A stretch of 64,000 bases of DNA, from assembly GCA_963815215.1 (NCBI GenBank), contig CAWFFU010000008.1, forward strand, positions 192,001 to 256,000. The letters are read 5' to 3'. Both the position numbers and the translations under genes were made by a program. This DNA is from an uncultured Trueperaceae bacterium (GTDB taxonomy: Bacteria > Deinococcota > Deinococci > Deinococcales > Trueperaceae). Below the pieces are notes generated by a model. That model was given only the letters and a program-made list of their open reading frames with translations. It did not search any database and was not told the DNA's origin. This document shows, in pieces, positions 22,301-31,332 of this stretch (positions are counted from its first letter, which is position 1; the number at the start of each line of letters is the position of its first letter).

Positions 22301-22903
22301 GTCATCAGCATCCTGGGGGTGGTGATGCTGGTGGGCCTTGTCACCAAGAACGCCATCCTGTTGCTGGACGTCACGATGCGACGGGTCACCGAAGGGAGCG
22401 ACCTCTTCACCGCTCTGGTGGAGGCCGGGCGCGTGCGCTTCCGGCCCATCGTGATGACCACCCTCACCGTCGTGGTCATCAGCATCCCGCTCATGGTCGG
22501 CGCCTCGCAGGGAGCGGAGTTCCGCTTCCCGCTGGGTCTGGTCATCGTGGGGGGCGTGCTCAGCTCGGCGCTTCTGACGTTCTTCGTGGTGCCTGCAGCC
22601 TTCTACCAGTTCGAGCGCAAGCGCTACGAGCGGCTGGGAGCGGCGGCCGTCCCTCGTGGCGGCGCGGCCCCGGACGCCTCACCCAGCGACAGCGGCGTGA
22701 GCGGCCCGGTGGAGGGTGGGCACGAGCGCTCCCCCCGGAGCGGTGGACCCGGCCCCTCGCAACGACGTCCGAGCGGCGCGAGCCCGAACACCGGTAGCCC
22801 GAACACCGGTAGCCCGAACACCGGTAGCCTGAACACCGCCACCGAACGTGGCCGCGCACGCACCGAGCCCGGGCACCCCGACGAGGCGACCGGGGGCCGC
22901 TAG
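19355..22903 (+). CDS. RND efflux permease (AcrB family), module B
   Basis: [38 protein letters not shown]. Confidence 0.95.
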   Translation: MRRLVQFFVNNYVLTISVFGALVLFGAVSTLSRGIELFPPITVPVIAVTTSYSGAGPEEVSRQVAQPEEGALTTLPGISSVSSVSYEGYAIVIAQFNANADINQAAIDVSQRISQIGNQLPNGAGNPTVQKFNPNDQPILSVAVSAPGQDLMAVQNYAENTLQPAIERVNGVADVTVVGPAKEQVQVLLDPNALANFGLTPQQVASAIQASALDVPAGSLDFANSRVLLTARATPTDLAQVASIPVDPSRGLTVSDVATVRDTTARPTSYARLNGEPVVLLQVRKLSDSNAVATANDLRAALKKLDMPAGYSTQIVGDTTTYVASSVYDTLQEMLIAALAVSLVVLMFVGRLGSVFAVVLAIPVALSGALVMFWLFNYSFNIITLLALTVAIGLVVDDAIVVAENIDRYREMGYARHEAVLKGASEVSTAVLAATMSLLAVFLPISFLPGIIGQFFAQFGITLAATVAFSYLEAMFFLTVRLALSPDPFPPSWREFPTTLRGTSSDLRWGLHFYRSVWFWLIALVAGAGLVRGLGVRYLALLVLLPVLLVLLRMLLRVVLAVLGALSLNLFQVGDFLVTRTRDAYVAALSRLLPRSWTVLLTAGLLFASLFWVFPRIGFNFQPPSDTGQLVVDARLPVGTSLARTNEVATQIEANLLADPIVTTVQTTVGSGTQVGGALPEDASLTVQLVDKSQRHRTTTELAVAVQDRLRTMFAAHPEIRINVGSSDPSNAPTNAGYDLTLASTNLDALRQHANQAVVVLQGDSQLRNVRSDVSSSSTERVFVADAAQLAGTGLTRAQVFQALRTYNVGTRAATMRKAGVEIPIQVMAAPRDLVNEQTILSLPLYAPGLQTTVTLGDLGHFETRLAPAVIRRTNQSYSADVTADLAPGVTQSEAKKEAHQRLVAAGVLDAQVVQTTSGNLNLLGDLLKYGPIAFALALLLNYLAIGSQFNSFKYPLYLLLTVPLALVGAIWLFYITGNSLDVISILGVVMLVGLVTKNAILLLDVTMRRVTEGSDLFTALVEAGRVRFRPIVMTTLTVVVISIPLMVGASQGAEFRFPLGLVIVGGVLSSALLTFFVVPAAFYQFERKRYERLGAAAVPRGGAAPDASPSDSGVSGPVEGGHERSPRSGGPGPSQRRPSGASPNTGSPNTGSPNTGSLNTATERGRARTEPGHPDEATGGR
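22781..22838 (+). repeat. 15-bp tandem repeat in the permease tail
   Basis: AGCCCGAACACCGGT x3 exact plus one degenerate copy (SPNTG x3, SLNTA). Confidence 0.9.
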
Positions 22904-22929
22904 ATGCCAGAGCCTAGGATGGGACCACC

Positions 22930-23751
22930 ATGACCGCCAGCACCCCGAACACCACCATCGCCCTGCTCACGGACTTCGGGCTGCGCGATACCTACGTGGC
23001 CATGCTGAAGGCCGTGATCCAGGGCATCGCCCCCGATGCAGCCGTCATCGACCTCACCCACCAGGTGGCGGCGCACGACGTGCGCGAAGGCGCGTTCGAC
23101 CTGTTCGTCTCGCACGCCTTCTTCCCAGCCGGTACGGTGTTCTGCTGCGTGGTCGACCCGGGCGTCGGCTCGAGCCGGCGCGCAGTGGCGCTGCGTCTGC
23201 GACGCGGTAACGGCCACCCCTACCGGTTCGTCGGGCCCGACAACGGCCTGTTCACGGCCGTGCTCGAGGGCGCCACGGTGGAAGCGGCCGCCAGCCTCGA
23301 CGACCCCGCCTACCAGCTCGCGGCCGTGAGCAGCACCTTCCACGGCCGCGACGTCTTCGCCCCCGCCGCCGCCCATCTGGCACGCGGCGTGGGCACCGAG
23401 GCGCTCGGCGCGGCGGTCGACCCGGACTCGCTGGTCCGGCTGCCGTGGGACCAACCCAGGCGGACCGATGACGGCTGGGAGGCCGACCTCATCCACAAGG
23501 ACCCCTTCGGCAACCTGATCAGCAACCTGCCTAGCGAGGCGCTGCAACCCGATCTCTCGCGCTGGCGCGTGTTCCTGGACAGCTTCGAGATCGGCCCCAT
23601 CCGACGCGCCTTCTCCGACGTGCCGGCGGGCCGCCCGCTCGCGTTCGTCGGCAGCAGCGGCCTGCTCGAGATCGCGGTGCGCGACGGCCGGGCCGCCGAC
23701 GTGCTCAGCGTGAACAAGGGGAGCGTGGTGAGGGTGCGGCCCGCCACCTGA
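22930..23751 (+). CDS. SAM hydrolase / SAM-dependent halogenase family (DUF62)
   Basis: LLTDFGLRDTYV, VVDPGVGS, GPDNG, STFHGRDVFAPAAA, DPFGNLISN. Confidence 0.92.
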   Translation: MTASTPNTTIALLTDFGLRDTYVAMLKAVIQGIAPDAAVIDLTHQVAAHDVREGAFDLFVSHAFFPAGTVFCCVVDPGVGSSRRAVALRLRRGNGHPYRFVGPDNGLFTAVLEGATVEAAASLDDPAYQLAAVSSTFHGRDVFAPAAAHLARGVGTEALGAAVDPDSLVRLPWDQPRRTDDGWEADLIHKDPFGNLISNLPSEALQPDLSRWRVFLDSFEIGPIRRAFSDVPAGRPLAFVGSSGLLEIAVRDGRAADVLSVNKGSVVRVRPAT

Positions 23752-23770
23752 ACGCCGCCCGGCGCACGCC

Positions 23771-24823
23771 TCAGGCCACCGTCACCTCGTCGGACAGGTA
23801 GACGTCCTGGATGAGGTGGAGCAGCGCCACGCCCTCCTCGAAGGGGCGCTGGAAGGCCTTACGCCCGCTGATCAGGCCGCTGCCGCCACCGCGCTTGTTC
23901 ACGACCGCGGTCGTGACGGCCTCGGCGAAGTCGTTCGCGCCCGAGGCGCCTCCGGAGTTGATGAGCCCCACGCGGCCCATGTAGCCATTCGCGACCTGCC
24001 AGCGGACCCATTCGATGGGGTGATCGGGCACCAGGTCGCCGTACATGCGCGGGTCGCTGCGACCGAAGCCGATGGCCGTGAAGCCGCCGTTGACGGTCGG
24101 GAGCTTCTGTTTGACGATGTCGGCCTGGATGGTCACGCCGAGGTGGTTGGCCTGGGCGGTGAGGTCGGCGGCGGTGTGGTAGTCGGTGCCGTCCTTCTTG
24201 AAGCCCTCGTTGCGCGTGTAGCACCACAGGATGGTGGCCATGCCGAGCTCGTGCGCGTGCGCGAAGGCCTCGGCGATCTCGATGAGCTGCCGGTCGGACT
24301 CGTCGCTGCCGAAGTAGATGGTGGCGCCGACCGCCACGGCCCCCATGTTCCAGGCCTCCTCGACGGTCCCGAAGAGGATCTGGTCGTAGGTCTGCGGGTA
24401 GGTCATGAGCTCGTTGTGATTGAGCTTCACGATGAAGGGGATGCGGTGCGCGTAGCGCCGAGCTACCGCGCCCAGCACGCCGAAGGTCGAAGCGACGGCG
24501 TTGCAGCCACCTTGGATCGCCAGCTCCACGATCATGCGGGGGTCGAAGTAATCGGGGTTGGGCGCGAAGGAGGCCCCGGCGGTGTGCTCGATGCCCTGAT
24601 CCACCGGCAGGATCGAGAGGTACCCGGTGCCTCCCAGTCGACCGTGGCCGTAGAGCTGCTGCAGGCTGCGCAGCGTCTGCGGGTTGCGATCGGTGTCGAG
24701 GAATGCACGCTCGATGAAGTCCGGCCCCGGCAACGTGAGCCGCTCCTTGGCGATCCCCGTGGCGCGGTAGTTGAGCAGCGCTTCGGCCTTGTCACCGAGG
24801 TGTTGTTGGAACGTCTGGGCCAT
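23771..24823 (-). CDS. fbaB: Class I fructose-bisphosphate aldolase (FbaB/DhnA)
   Basis: [43 protein letters not shown]; start MAQTFQ after an AAGGAG RBS. Confidence 0.95.
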   Translation of the reverse strand: MAQTFQQHLGDKAEALLNYRATGIAKERLTLPGPDFIERAFLDTDRNPQTLRSLQQLYGHGRLGGTGYLSILPVDQGIEHTAGASFAPNPDYFDPRMIVELAIQGGCNAVASTFGVLGAVARRYAHRIPFIVKLNHNELMTYPQTYDQILFGTVEEAWNMGAVAVGATIYFGSDESDRQLIEIAEAFAHAHELGMATILWCYTRNEGFKKDGTDYHTAADLTAQANHLGVTIQADIVKQKLPTVNGGFTAIGFGRSDPRMYGDLVPDHPIEWVRWQVANGYMGRVGLINSGGASGANDFAEAVTTAVVNKRGGGSGLISGRKAFQRPFEEGVALLHLIQDVYLSDEVTVA

Positions 24824-24964
24824 GCCCGGCTCCTTTCTCGAGGGCTCGCGTCGCACGCATGGCGCCCGCCTCGCCCCTCCAGGGTACGTGACGAGTGTGC
24901 CTGCCACCGTTGGCCCGCCTTCCGGGCGGGCCGGCACACGCGCAGGTCCCGAGGCCGCAGCCCC

Positions 24965-25069
24965 CAAACGAACCACCCGGCGGTCGCAAGAAACCTCATC
25001 GACCGCCGGGGCTCGTAAGAGAGTTCGTAGGTGCCATCTCAGGCATGCATCTACGATCCCTCCTATGGG
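24965..25069 (-). ncRNA. Candidate two-hairpin small RNA or attenuator leader
   Basis: Promoter TTCCCA-17-TATGAT upstream; 14-position stem 25017-25030/25051-25064; 11-bp stem 24976-24986/25000-25010 followed by a T-containing tail. Confidence 0.45.
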
Positions 25070-25075
25070 GAGCAC

Positions 25076-25104
25076 ATCATAGGGATCGGCACGCCTCATG
25101 GGAA
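25076..25104 (-). promoter_or_regulatory. Sigma70-type promoter TTCCCA-N17-TATGAT
   Basis: TGGGAA at 25099-25104 and ATCATA at 25076-25081 on the + strand. Confidence 0.5.
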
Positions 25105-25214
25105 GGGACAGATGTCCCGTCAGGGAGCGGGCTCCTTGGCTCGCGAGGTCGTCGGCCGCCGGCCCGCGACGCTCACCGAACGGCCCGGTCGCGAGTGCCC
25201 GGACAGAATGGAGC

Positions 25215-25763
25215 ATGTCAGCTCCTACCGCCACCCTCCTCCCCCTGTACGGCCTCACCACCCGCCTCGCGCTCGCCGTCGGGGTGCTCGCCATCTTCGT
25301 GGTCGTCAACCTGATCCTGCAGGCGATACTGGCCCGGGCGCTGCGCAGTCGATCGGTCCACGCAGGCCTGCGGGTGCTGGTCCGCCAGGGCCTGCGGGTG
25401 GTGCTGTGGCTGGCAGGCCTGGCCTCCGCCCTGGGCACCCTGGGGGTGAACATCTCGGCGCTGATCGCGGGCCTCGGCCTCGGCGGCTTCGCCCTGGGCT
25501 TCGCGCTGCGCGACATCCTCGCCAACCTCGTCGCCGGCGTGCTCATCCTGGTGTACCGGCCGTTCACGGTGGGCGAGACCATCACCGTGGCCGGCCAGAG
25601 CGGTACGGTCGCTGCCATCGATCTGCGCTACACGGAGCTGACCAACGAAGACAAGCGTGTCCTGGTCCCCAACCAGACCATCTTCACCAGCGCGGTCGTG
25701 GTGACCCCGCCGGTACCTCCGACGGCGGCTCCGACGGCAGCCACGGACGCGGCTCCGACCTGA
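25215..25763 (+). CDS. Short MscS-family mechanosensitive channel
   Basis: [51 protein letters not shown]. Confidence 0.88.
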   Translation: MSAPTATLLPLYGLTTRLALAVGVLAIFVVVNLILQAILARALRSRSVHAGLRVLVRQGLRVVLWLAGLASALGTLGVNISALIAGLGLGGFALGFALRDILANLVAGVLILVYRPFTVGETITVAGQSGTVAAIDLRYTELTNEDKRVLVPNQTIFTSAVVVTPPVPPTAAPTAATDAAPT

Positions 25764-25887
25764 AGGCTCGTCGCGTTCGGCGCCCGGCGGCGCGCCCTGG
25801 CAGCGCCGTGCGCTAGCATGACCGCACCCAGCAGGAGATCGGGGTAGTACGGCCGGCGCGCTTGCCGGTCGCGGGAGGGGGAGCACG

Positions 25888-26283
25888 GTGGAGACGACCT
25901 GGGGAACCTTTCTGTGGGCCGCCGGCGGCGGGCTGGCGGCGGAGGCACTGCGCTGGTGGCGCCTGATCCGCGGCCAGCAGCAGGGAACGACGCTCAACCT
26001 GCCGGTCTACGCCCGCAGCCCGCTCTACTGGGGGCTCACGGGGGTCATCGTGCTGGCGGGCGGCATGCTGGCGGTGGCGTACGTGGTCTCGGGACAGCGC
26101 CTGGGTCCGATCCTGGCGGTCAACGTCGGGGCCAGCGCACCACTCATCATCCAGGGGCTCGCCGCCAGCGCTCCCGATGCGCCGGCGCGACCGGTCGCGC
26201 CGGCGGGCGACCGTCGGGACGGCCCGGAAGGCGCCCCTCGGGACCGCGCGCCGTCGATCGGGAACTTCCTGCGGGCACGGTGA
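25888..26283 (+). CDS. Small hypothetical membrane protein (about 3 hydrophobic segments)
   Basis: GGAG RBS, GC3-biased codons, hydrophobic segments, AVNVGASAPLII. Confidence 0.7.
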   Translation: METTWGTFLWAAGGGLAAEALRWWRLIRGQQQGTTLNLPVYARSPLYWGLTGVIVLAGGMLAVAYVVSGQRLGPILAVNVGASAPLIIQGLAASAPDAPARPVAPAGDRRDGPEGAPRDRAPSIGNFLRAR

Positions 26284-26310
26284 GATCGGCGGCCCCGCCG
26301 CTGTACGGGT

Positions 26311-27141
26311 TCAGCCGACGCCGCCGTCGAGCCAACCTCGGAGCATGCGCCACAGCCGGGCGAGCGCCTGCCGGTCGAGGTCGGCCAGGCCGTTCGCCAC
26401 GACATCGAGCAGGTCGAGGTTGCCGCCCACGCGCCCCGCGAAGGGACTGCCGCCCACGCCTCCGAGCGTTGCATCCAGCGCATCCGCTCCCGCGTCCAGC
26501 GCCGCCCTCGCGTTGTCGATGCCGCGACCCGAATCGTGCAGGTGAACTCTCAGGAACGCGTCGGGCCATGCCTGTCGCGCGCGCCGCACCAGGTCGCGAA
26601 CGTCGTCGGTACGGGCGCCGCCGGTGGTGTCCGCGAGCCCGATGTCCCGTACGCCCATGCGGTAGAAGCGGTCCCCCCACTCGAGAGCCCGTTCCGGCGG
26701 CACCTGGCCCTCGTAATTGCAGTGCCACACATTGGCGAGCCCGATGCCCACGTGCACGCCGTCGTCCGGGGCCCGACGCAGGAGCTCCAGGTACTCGGCA
26801 AGCGTCTGTTCGCGGGTGCGGCCGCTGTTCTTGACGTGATACGTGGCTGAGAGAGCCAGGACCAGCTCCACACGGCCGACCCCGGCTTCGACCGCGCGCT
26901 CGTACCCCTTGAGGTTGGCGACCAGCGCATCGCGGGTGCCGGCACGCTCGGCCAGGCCGGCCCACAGCGACGCGGCGTCGGCGAGCTGGGGCACGCGCTT
27001 GGGCGACACGAACGAGGTGACCTGCAGCGCCGTCACGCCGGCCGCCAAGAGGGCATCGTAGAGAGCCACCTTACGGTCCGTCGGAAGCGTCACGGTTTGC
27101 CCCTGCAGGCCGTCACGGAGGGTCACATCGCGGATCAGCAC
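26311..27141 (-). CDS. HMG-CoA lyase-like (DRE-TIM) protein
   Basis: IRDVTLRDGLQ, SFVSPKRVPQLAD, LADTTG, HLHDSGRG; GTG start overlapping the upstream gene. Confidence 0.88.
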   Translation of the reverse strand: MLIRDVTLRDGLQGQTVTLPTDRKVALYDALLAAGVTALQVTSFVSPKRVPQLADAASLWAGLAERAGTRDALVANLKGYERAVEAGVGRVELVLALSATYHVKNSGRTREQTLAEYLELLRRAPDDGVHVGIGLANVWHCNYEGQVPPERALEWGDRFYRMGVRDIGLADTTGGARTDDVRDLVRRARQAWPDAFLRVHLHDSGRGIDNARAALDAGADALDATLGGVGGSPFAGRVGGNLDLLDVVANGLADLDRQALARLWRMLRGWLDGGVG

Positions 27142-28343
27142 GATCCCCTCCCGAGCTCCACCACGTGCCGCTCGGCCAGCGCGGCGATCTCGCCGGCCGG
27201 CAACCCGAGCGCGTCCCGAAGGACCTCCTCGGTATGGGCGCCGAGAGACGGTCCGGCCCACCGCACGCGGCCCGGCGTGTCCGTGAGACGCGGCACCACC
27301 CCCTGCATCAGCAACGTCCCGACCTCGCTCTCGACCTCGATCACCGTGCCCCGCTCACGGAAGTGGGGCTCCTCGGCAACGTCGCGGGCGGTGTTGACCG
27401 GACCCGCGGGAACGCCGGCGACCTCCAGCGCGGCGAGGACGTCGGCCAGCGGCAGCTCTCGCGTCCAGGCGGCGATCCGGTCGTCGAGCTCCCGCTGATG
27501 CCGCCCGCGCCCCTCGTGCCCCGCCAGCCGCGGCTCCAGCGCCAGCTCGGGCGTACCCATCGCGGCGCACAAGCGCTCGAACGGACCGTCTGCGTTCGCA
27601 CCGATGACCACCCAGTGTTGGTCCCGCGTCGGGTAGATGTTCGACGGAGCGACGCCAGGAAGAGTGTTGCCGGACCGCTGGCGAACGGCGCCCGACGCGC
27701 TGAACTCCGGCACGACGCTCTCGAGCGCAGCCACGACGGCGTCCGTCAGCCCGGTGTCGACGACCTGACCGCGCCCGCTGATCTCGCGCTGGCGCAACGC
27801 CGCCAGGACCCCGAAGGCGGTGTAGAGGCCCGCGAGCGTGTCGCCGATGGCCAACCCCACTCTGACCGGCGGGCGGTCCTCGTCGCCGGTCAGGTAGCGC
27901 AGGCCGCCCATCGCCTCCGCCACGCCGCCGAAGCCGGCGCGGTGCCGGTACGGTCCCGTCTGACCGAAACCCGAGATCCGAGCGACGACCAAGCGGGGGT
28001 TCTCCGCCAGCAACGACTCCGGATCGAGGTCCAGCCGCTCCAGCGTTCCGGGCCGGAAGTTCTCCACCAACACGTCACAGCTCAGGGCCAGGCGCCGGAC
28101 CAGAGCCCGCCCTTCCTCTTGCTTGAGGTCCACCACCACGCTCTTCTTGTTGCGACCGATGACGGGCCACCATACCGGCGGCCCGTCGTTCACGTTGACC
28201 CCCCAGCGCCGCATGGCATCGCCGCTCCCCGGGCGCTCGACTTTGATGACTTCGGCTCCATGGTCGCCGAGCACCTGGCCGCAATACGGCCCTGCGATGA
28301 ACTGGCCCAGCTCGAGCACCCGCACACCGTCCAAGGCCGTCAT
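27135..28343 (-). CDS. CaiB/BaiF family (class III) CoA transferase
   Basis: LDGVRVLELGQFIAGP, GAEVIKVE, RNKKS, DVLVENFRPG, ISGFGQTGPY. Confidence 0.94.
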   Translation of the reverse strand: MTALDGVRVLELGQFIAGPYCGQVLGDHGAEVIKVERPGSGDAMRRWGVNVNDGPPVWWPVIGRNKKSVVVDLKQEEGRALVRRLALSCDVLVENFRPGTLERLDLDPESLLAENPRLVVARISGFGQTGPYRHRAGFGGVAEAMGGLRYLTGDEDRPPVRVGLAIGDTLAGLYTAFGVLAALRQREISGRGQVVDTGLTDAVVAALESVVPEFSASGAVRQRSGNTLPGVAPSNIYPTRDQHWVVIGANADGPFERLCAAMGTPELALEPRLAGHEGRGRHQRELDDRIAAWTRELPLADVLAALEVAGVPAGPVNTARDVAEEPHFRERGTVIEVESEVGTLLMQGVVPRLTDTPGRVRWAGPSLGAHTEEVLRDALGLPAGEIAALAERHVVELGRGSC

Positions 28344-29104
28344 ACCAGCGGCTCCCCGACCATCGCGCGGATGCCGCTCTGGCGCCCCAGACTCTCCACC
28401 AGATTCCGGCAGGTGCGCTCGAGATGCGCCCGCATGGTCCCGGCGGCCTCGTCGCCACGCCCTTCGCGAACCAGTTGCACGATCTGGCGGTGCTCGTCGT
28501 CGGCCAGTCTCACGGTGCGCGGAGACCCCAGCTCCAAATAGCGCGCGCGCGTGATCCGCGGGAAGAGCGCACCCAGGGCTTCGACGACGAAGCGATTCCC
28601 ACCGGCTCGCGCGAGCCCCAGGTGCAGTCTCGCCGTCGCGGCGAGCCTGCCCTCCGGCTCCCGCTCCGCAGCGAGCTCGATCAGTGCCGCCTCGACCTCG
28701 ACCAGGGCGCCCTCCGAGGCCGACGCCGCGGCCCAACGTACGGCCGCGGTCTCGAGCACGCTCCTGTAGGCGAACAGCTCCTGCAACTCGCCCACGTCGA
28801 CAGGGGCGACCCCGTACCCCCGACCGTCGCGCCGCACCAACCCTTCCCCGGCGAGTTGCGCGAGCGCCTGTCGGATTGGACTGCGCGACACGGCAAGGAG
28901 TCGCTCCAGACGCCGTTCCGGCAGGCGCTCGCCGGGCCGCAAGGCGAACGACAGGATCAAGCGGCGGAGCTCGGCCGTCGCCCGCTCCGCGAGATGAAGT
29001 CCTGAGCCGGCGGCCGCGACGTCGGCGCCGGCCGGCACAGGTGACCCCGGAGCTCCGTCGAGGGGGAGCTCCGGGGCGCGTGAGCGGGTTCCGTGATCGT
29101 CCAT
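28340..29104 (-). CDS. GntR/FadR (FCD) transcriptional regulator
   Basis: LRPGERLPE, VSRSPIRQAL, C-terminal EH..I and MRAHL. Confidence 0.9.
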   Translation of the reverse strand: MDDHGTRSRAPELPLDGAPGSPVPAGADVAAAGSGLHLAERATAELRRLILSFALRPGERLPERRLERLLAVSRSPIRQALAQLAGEGLVRRDGRGYGVAPVDVGELQELFAYRSVLETAAVRWAAASASEGALVEVEAALIELAAEREPEGRLAATARLHLGLARAGGNRFVVEALGALFPRITRARYLELGSPRTVRLADDEHRQIVQLVREGRGDEAAGTMRAHLERTCRNLVESLGRQSGIRAMVGEPLV

Positions 29105-29109
29105 GCCGG

Positions 29110-29151
29110 AGTCTATCACGATGGTATACCAGTACGGTATCCCACTTTCAA
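29110..29151 (-). promoter_or_regulatory. Promoter with GntR-type operator palindromes
   Basis: TGGTATACCA perfect palindrome at 29122-29131, CGGTATCCCA at 29135-29144, TTGAAA -35 and TAGACT -10-like boxes on the minus strand. Confidence 0.65.
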
Positions 29152-29282
29152 TGGGCGCTCCGGCGTCACCCGCGGAGGGTGCCGGTCCCGGCACCGTGGC
29201 AACGGGTCCCCGCACCGAAGTCCGGTGCGGGGACCCAACGGACCTGTCGGACGCGTCCTTCGCGGCCGGGATCCGGGCGACG

Positions 29283-30503
29283 CTACTTCATGTAGGGCTC
29301 GAGATCCTTGGCGCTGATCGCCATGAGGACCTTGGCGTTCCCCTGCGGGTCCACCTTCACGGCCTCGAACCCGGCCGTCACGTTGCCGTAGGCGTTGAAG
29401 TCGACCGGGCCGCTGGCCCCCTCGTAGTTGATGTCCTTGCCCGCCTTGACCAGCGCCGAACACTCGGCGAAGCTGGTGCAGACCGTTCCGGGAGCGCCCG
29501 CCACGTCGTGCATGGCCTGGAACACGCTCTTGCCGGACGTTGCGCCTGCCTTCTCCCAAGCCAGCGCCATCACGTTCATGGCGTCGTAGCCGTAGTTCGC
29601 CAACTCGACCGGCTTGCCCCCGAACTTCTTCTGGTAGGCATTGTCGAACGTCGTGGCCCCACTGCCGCCCGTCGAGCTACCCTCGACCGACACGATCATG
29701 GAGTCCGCCGTCTGCGCACCTACCGCCTTGATGAAGTCGGCCGACGCCGTCACGTCCGTCCCGACATACGGGACCGACGCACCCTCGAGCTGGGAGACCT
29801 CCTTGAAATAGGTGCCGCCGGTGCCGGGATCGAGCTGGAAGAAGACCACGTCGGGGTGCGCGGCGTAGATCTTGAGGATCTCGCTGCGATAGGAGCTCTG
29901 GTTGGGCGAGATCCCGACGTCGGCCACGATCGTGCCGCCCGCCTTCTTGAACGTATCGACCACCGGCGCCTTGAGCGTCTGCGCCGAAGCGTTGGTACCG
30001 AAGACCACGGCCGCCTTGGTGTAGCCCTTGCTCTTGGCGTAGTACGCCATGGCGACTCCCATGAGCGAATCGGACGGCGTCGTACGGAACAGGTTGGGAA
30101 GCGCGTTGTTGTCGATGGCCGTCGTTCCACCCACCATGATGTCGACGATGTTCAGGTTCTTGATGAAGGGCAACGCCGCCTGCAGCGTCACCGAGGAGGG
30201 CCCGACGATGCCGTTCACGCCGTTGACGTTCACGACCTTCTGCAACGCCGGCACGGCGTCGATGGCGTCACCGGTGGTGTCCCCGGTGGAGACCTCGATC
30301 GTCTTGCCCATGACGCCGCCTGCCTGATTGATGAGGTCGCTGGCGAGCTGAACGCCCTTCAGGGTGTCCGGGCCGATGAACGACTCGAAACCGCTGAACG
30401 GACCCACCACAGCAACCTTGAGGCTGCCTTGCGCCAAGGCGGCAGAGCTCAGGGCCGCCGCTACAACGAGGACCAACAGCGTTACGGAACGGATGTGCTT
30501 CAT
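29283..30503 (-). CDS. Liv-type ABC transporter substrate-binding protein
   Basis: Signal peptide, INQAGGVMGK, FRTTPSD, YGYDA, INYEGASGPVDFNAYG. Confidence 0.92.
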   Translation of the reverse strand: MKHIRSVTLLVLVVAAALSSAALAQGSLKVAVVGPFSGFESFIGPDTLKGVQLASDLINQAGGVMGKTIEVSTGDTTGDAIDAVPALQKVVNVNGVNGIVGPSSVTLQAALPFIKNLNIVDIMVGGTTAIDNNALPNLFRTTPSDSLMGVAMAYYAKSKGYTKAAVVFGTNASAQTLKAPVVDTFKKAGGTIVADVGISPNQSSYRSEILKIYAAHPDVVFFQLDPGTGGTYFKEVSQLEGASVPYVGTDVTASADFIKAVGAQTADSMIVSVEGSSTGGSGATTFDNAYQKKFGGKPVELANYGYDAMNVMALAWEKAGATSGKSVFQAMHDVAGAPGTVCTSFAECSALVKAGKDINYEGASGPVDFNAYGNVTAGFEAVKVDPQGNAKVLMAISAKDLEPYMK

Positions 30504-30573
30504 GAAGTCCCTCTCCGACCGTCCCTCAGGGACGGTCCCCCACGCGTGTCGCTTGCTTTCGGCTTCGGCCATG

Positions 30574-31332
30574 TCAGTCGCTCCCCTTTCCTTCACGGGG
30601 CGGCCCGGCTCTATCCTGGGTCCGGCGGCCCGGTGAATGTGAGGCTTTGCGGACGGCCTGGACCATCCGGTCCTTTGCCGCCATGACGTGCCCCTCGGCC
30701 AGGCGCCGAGCGAGCAGGGGATCGCGGTCGTTCAGGGCGCCGAGGATGATGCGGTGACCCTTCAACGGGTCCGGCGTGAGCCGATCCGCTCCGGCCACCG
30801 CGCCACCGGCGCTCTCGATGTAGTCCCACACGTTGGCCAACATGGTGATCAGCATCCGGTTGCGGGACGCATCGTAGATCCGTTGATGGAACTCACGCGT
30901 GGTCTGCTGGAGTCCGGCCAGGTTCTCGCGGCCCAGGTAGTACTCCATCAGATCGGCCACCTCGTTGAGCTCCTGGAGCTCCTCGTCGGTCATGTTGATG
31001 GCCGCCAGCTCCGTGGCCAGACCCTCCAGGGCCCGGCGGATCAGGTAGACCTCCTCGAGTTCCTCGACCTCGAACCCGACGACGGTGATCTGACGTCGCT
31101 GGGTCGTCACGAGACCCTCGGTCTCCAACATGTGGATGGCCTGCCGGATCGGCGTTCGACTGACGCCGATGGCGGCGGCAAGCTGGTTCTCGCTCAGCTT
31201 CTGGTCCGGCCGAAGATGACCACGGAGGATCGTCTCACGCAGCGTTCGGAAGGCCAGTTCCCCCAGGGACGCGCTGGGATCCTCGCGCTGGTGCGCCGAG
31301 AACATCGCCGCCAACGCGGCGTCGAGGTCCAT
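30574..31332 (-). CDS. GntR/FadR (FCD) transcriptional regulator inside the ABC operon
   Basis: LRPDQKLSENQLA..GVSRTPIRQA, EFHQRIYDASRN; ATG overlaps the upstream stop (TAATG). Confidence 0.9.
   Translation of the reverse strand: MDLDAALAAMFSAHQREDPSASLGELAFRTLRETILRGHLRPDQKLSENQLAAAIGVSRTPIRQAIHMLETEGLVTTQRRQITVVGFEVEELEEVYLIRRALEGLATELAAINMTDEELQELNEVADLMEYYLGRENLAGLQQTTREFHQRIYDASRNRMLITMLANVWDYIESAGGAVAGADRLTPDPLKGHRIILGALNDRDPLLARRLAEGHVMAAKDRMVQAVRKASHSPGRRTQDRAGPPREGKGSD

Noticed and set aside
22781..22838. Possible CRISPR-like repeat
   Set aside because: Contiguous 15-bp units without spacers, in frame inside a CDS, and no cas genes.
22930..23751. Fluorinase/chlorinase natural-product enzyme
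   Set aside because: No biosynthetic context; the widespread DUF62 SAM hydrolase is the simpler call and halogenase activity cannot be inferred by eye.
24940..25050. SRP-like (CAGG..GCAG), SAM-like (GGTGCC) and TPP-like (CTGAGA) fragments
   Set aside because: Required flanking consensus elements are missing; kept only as an unclassified RNA candidate.
23771..25618. 615-aa extended aldolase ORF
   Set aside because: The extension is antisense to MscS and crosses the intergenic region; family similarity begins at MAQTFQ (24823).
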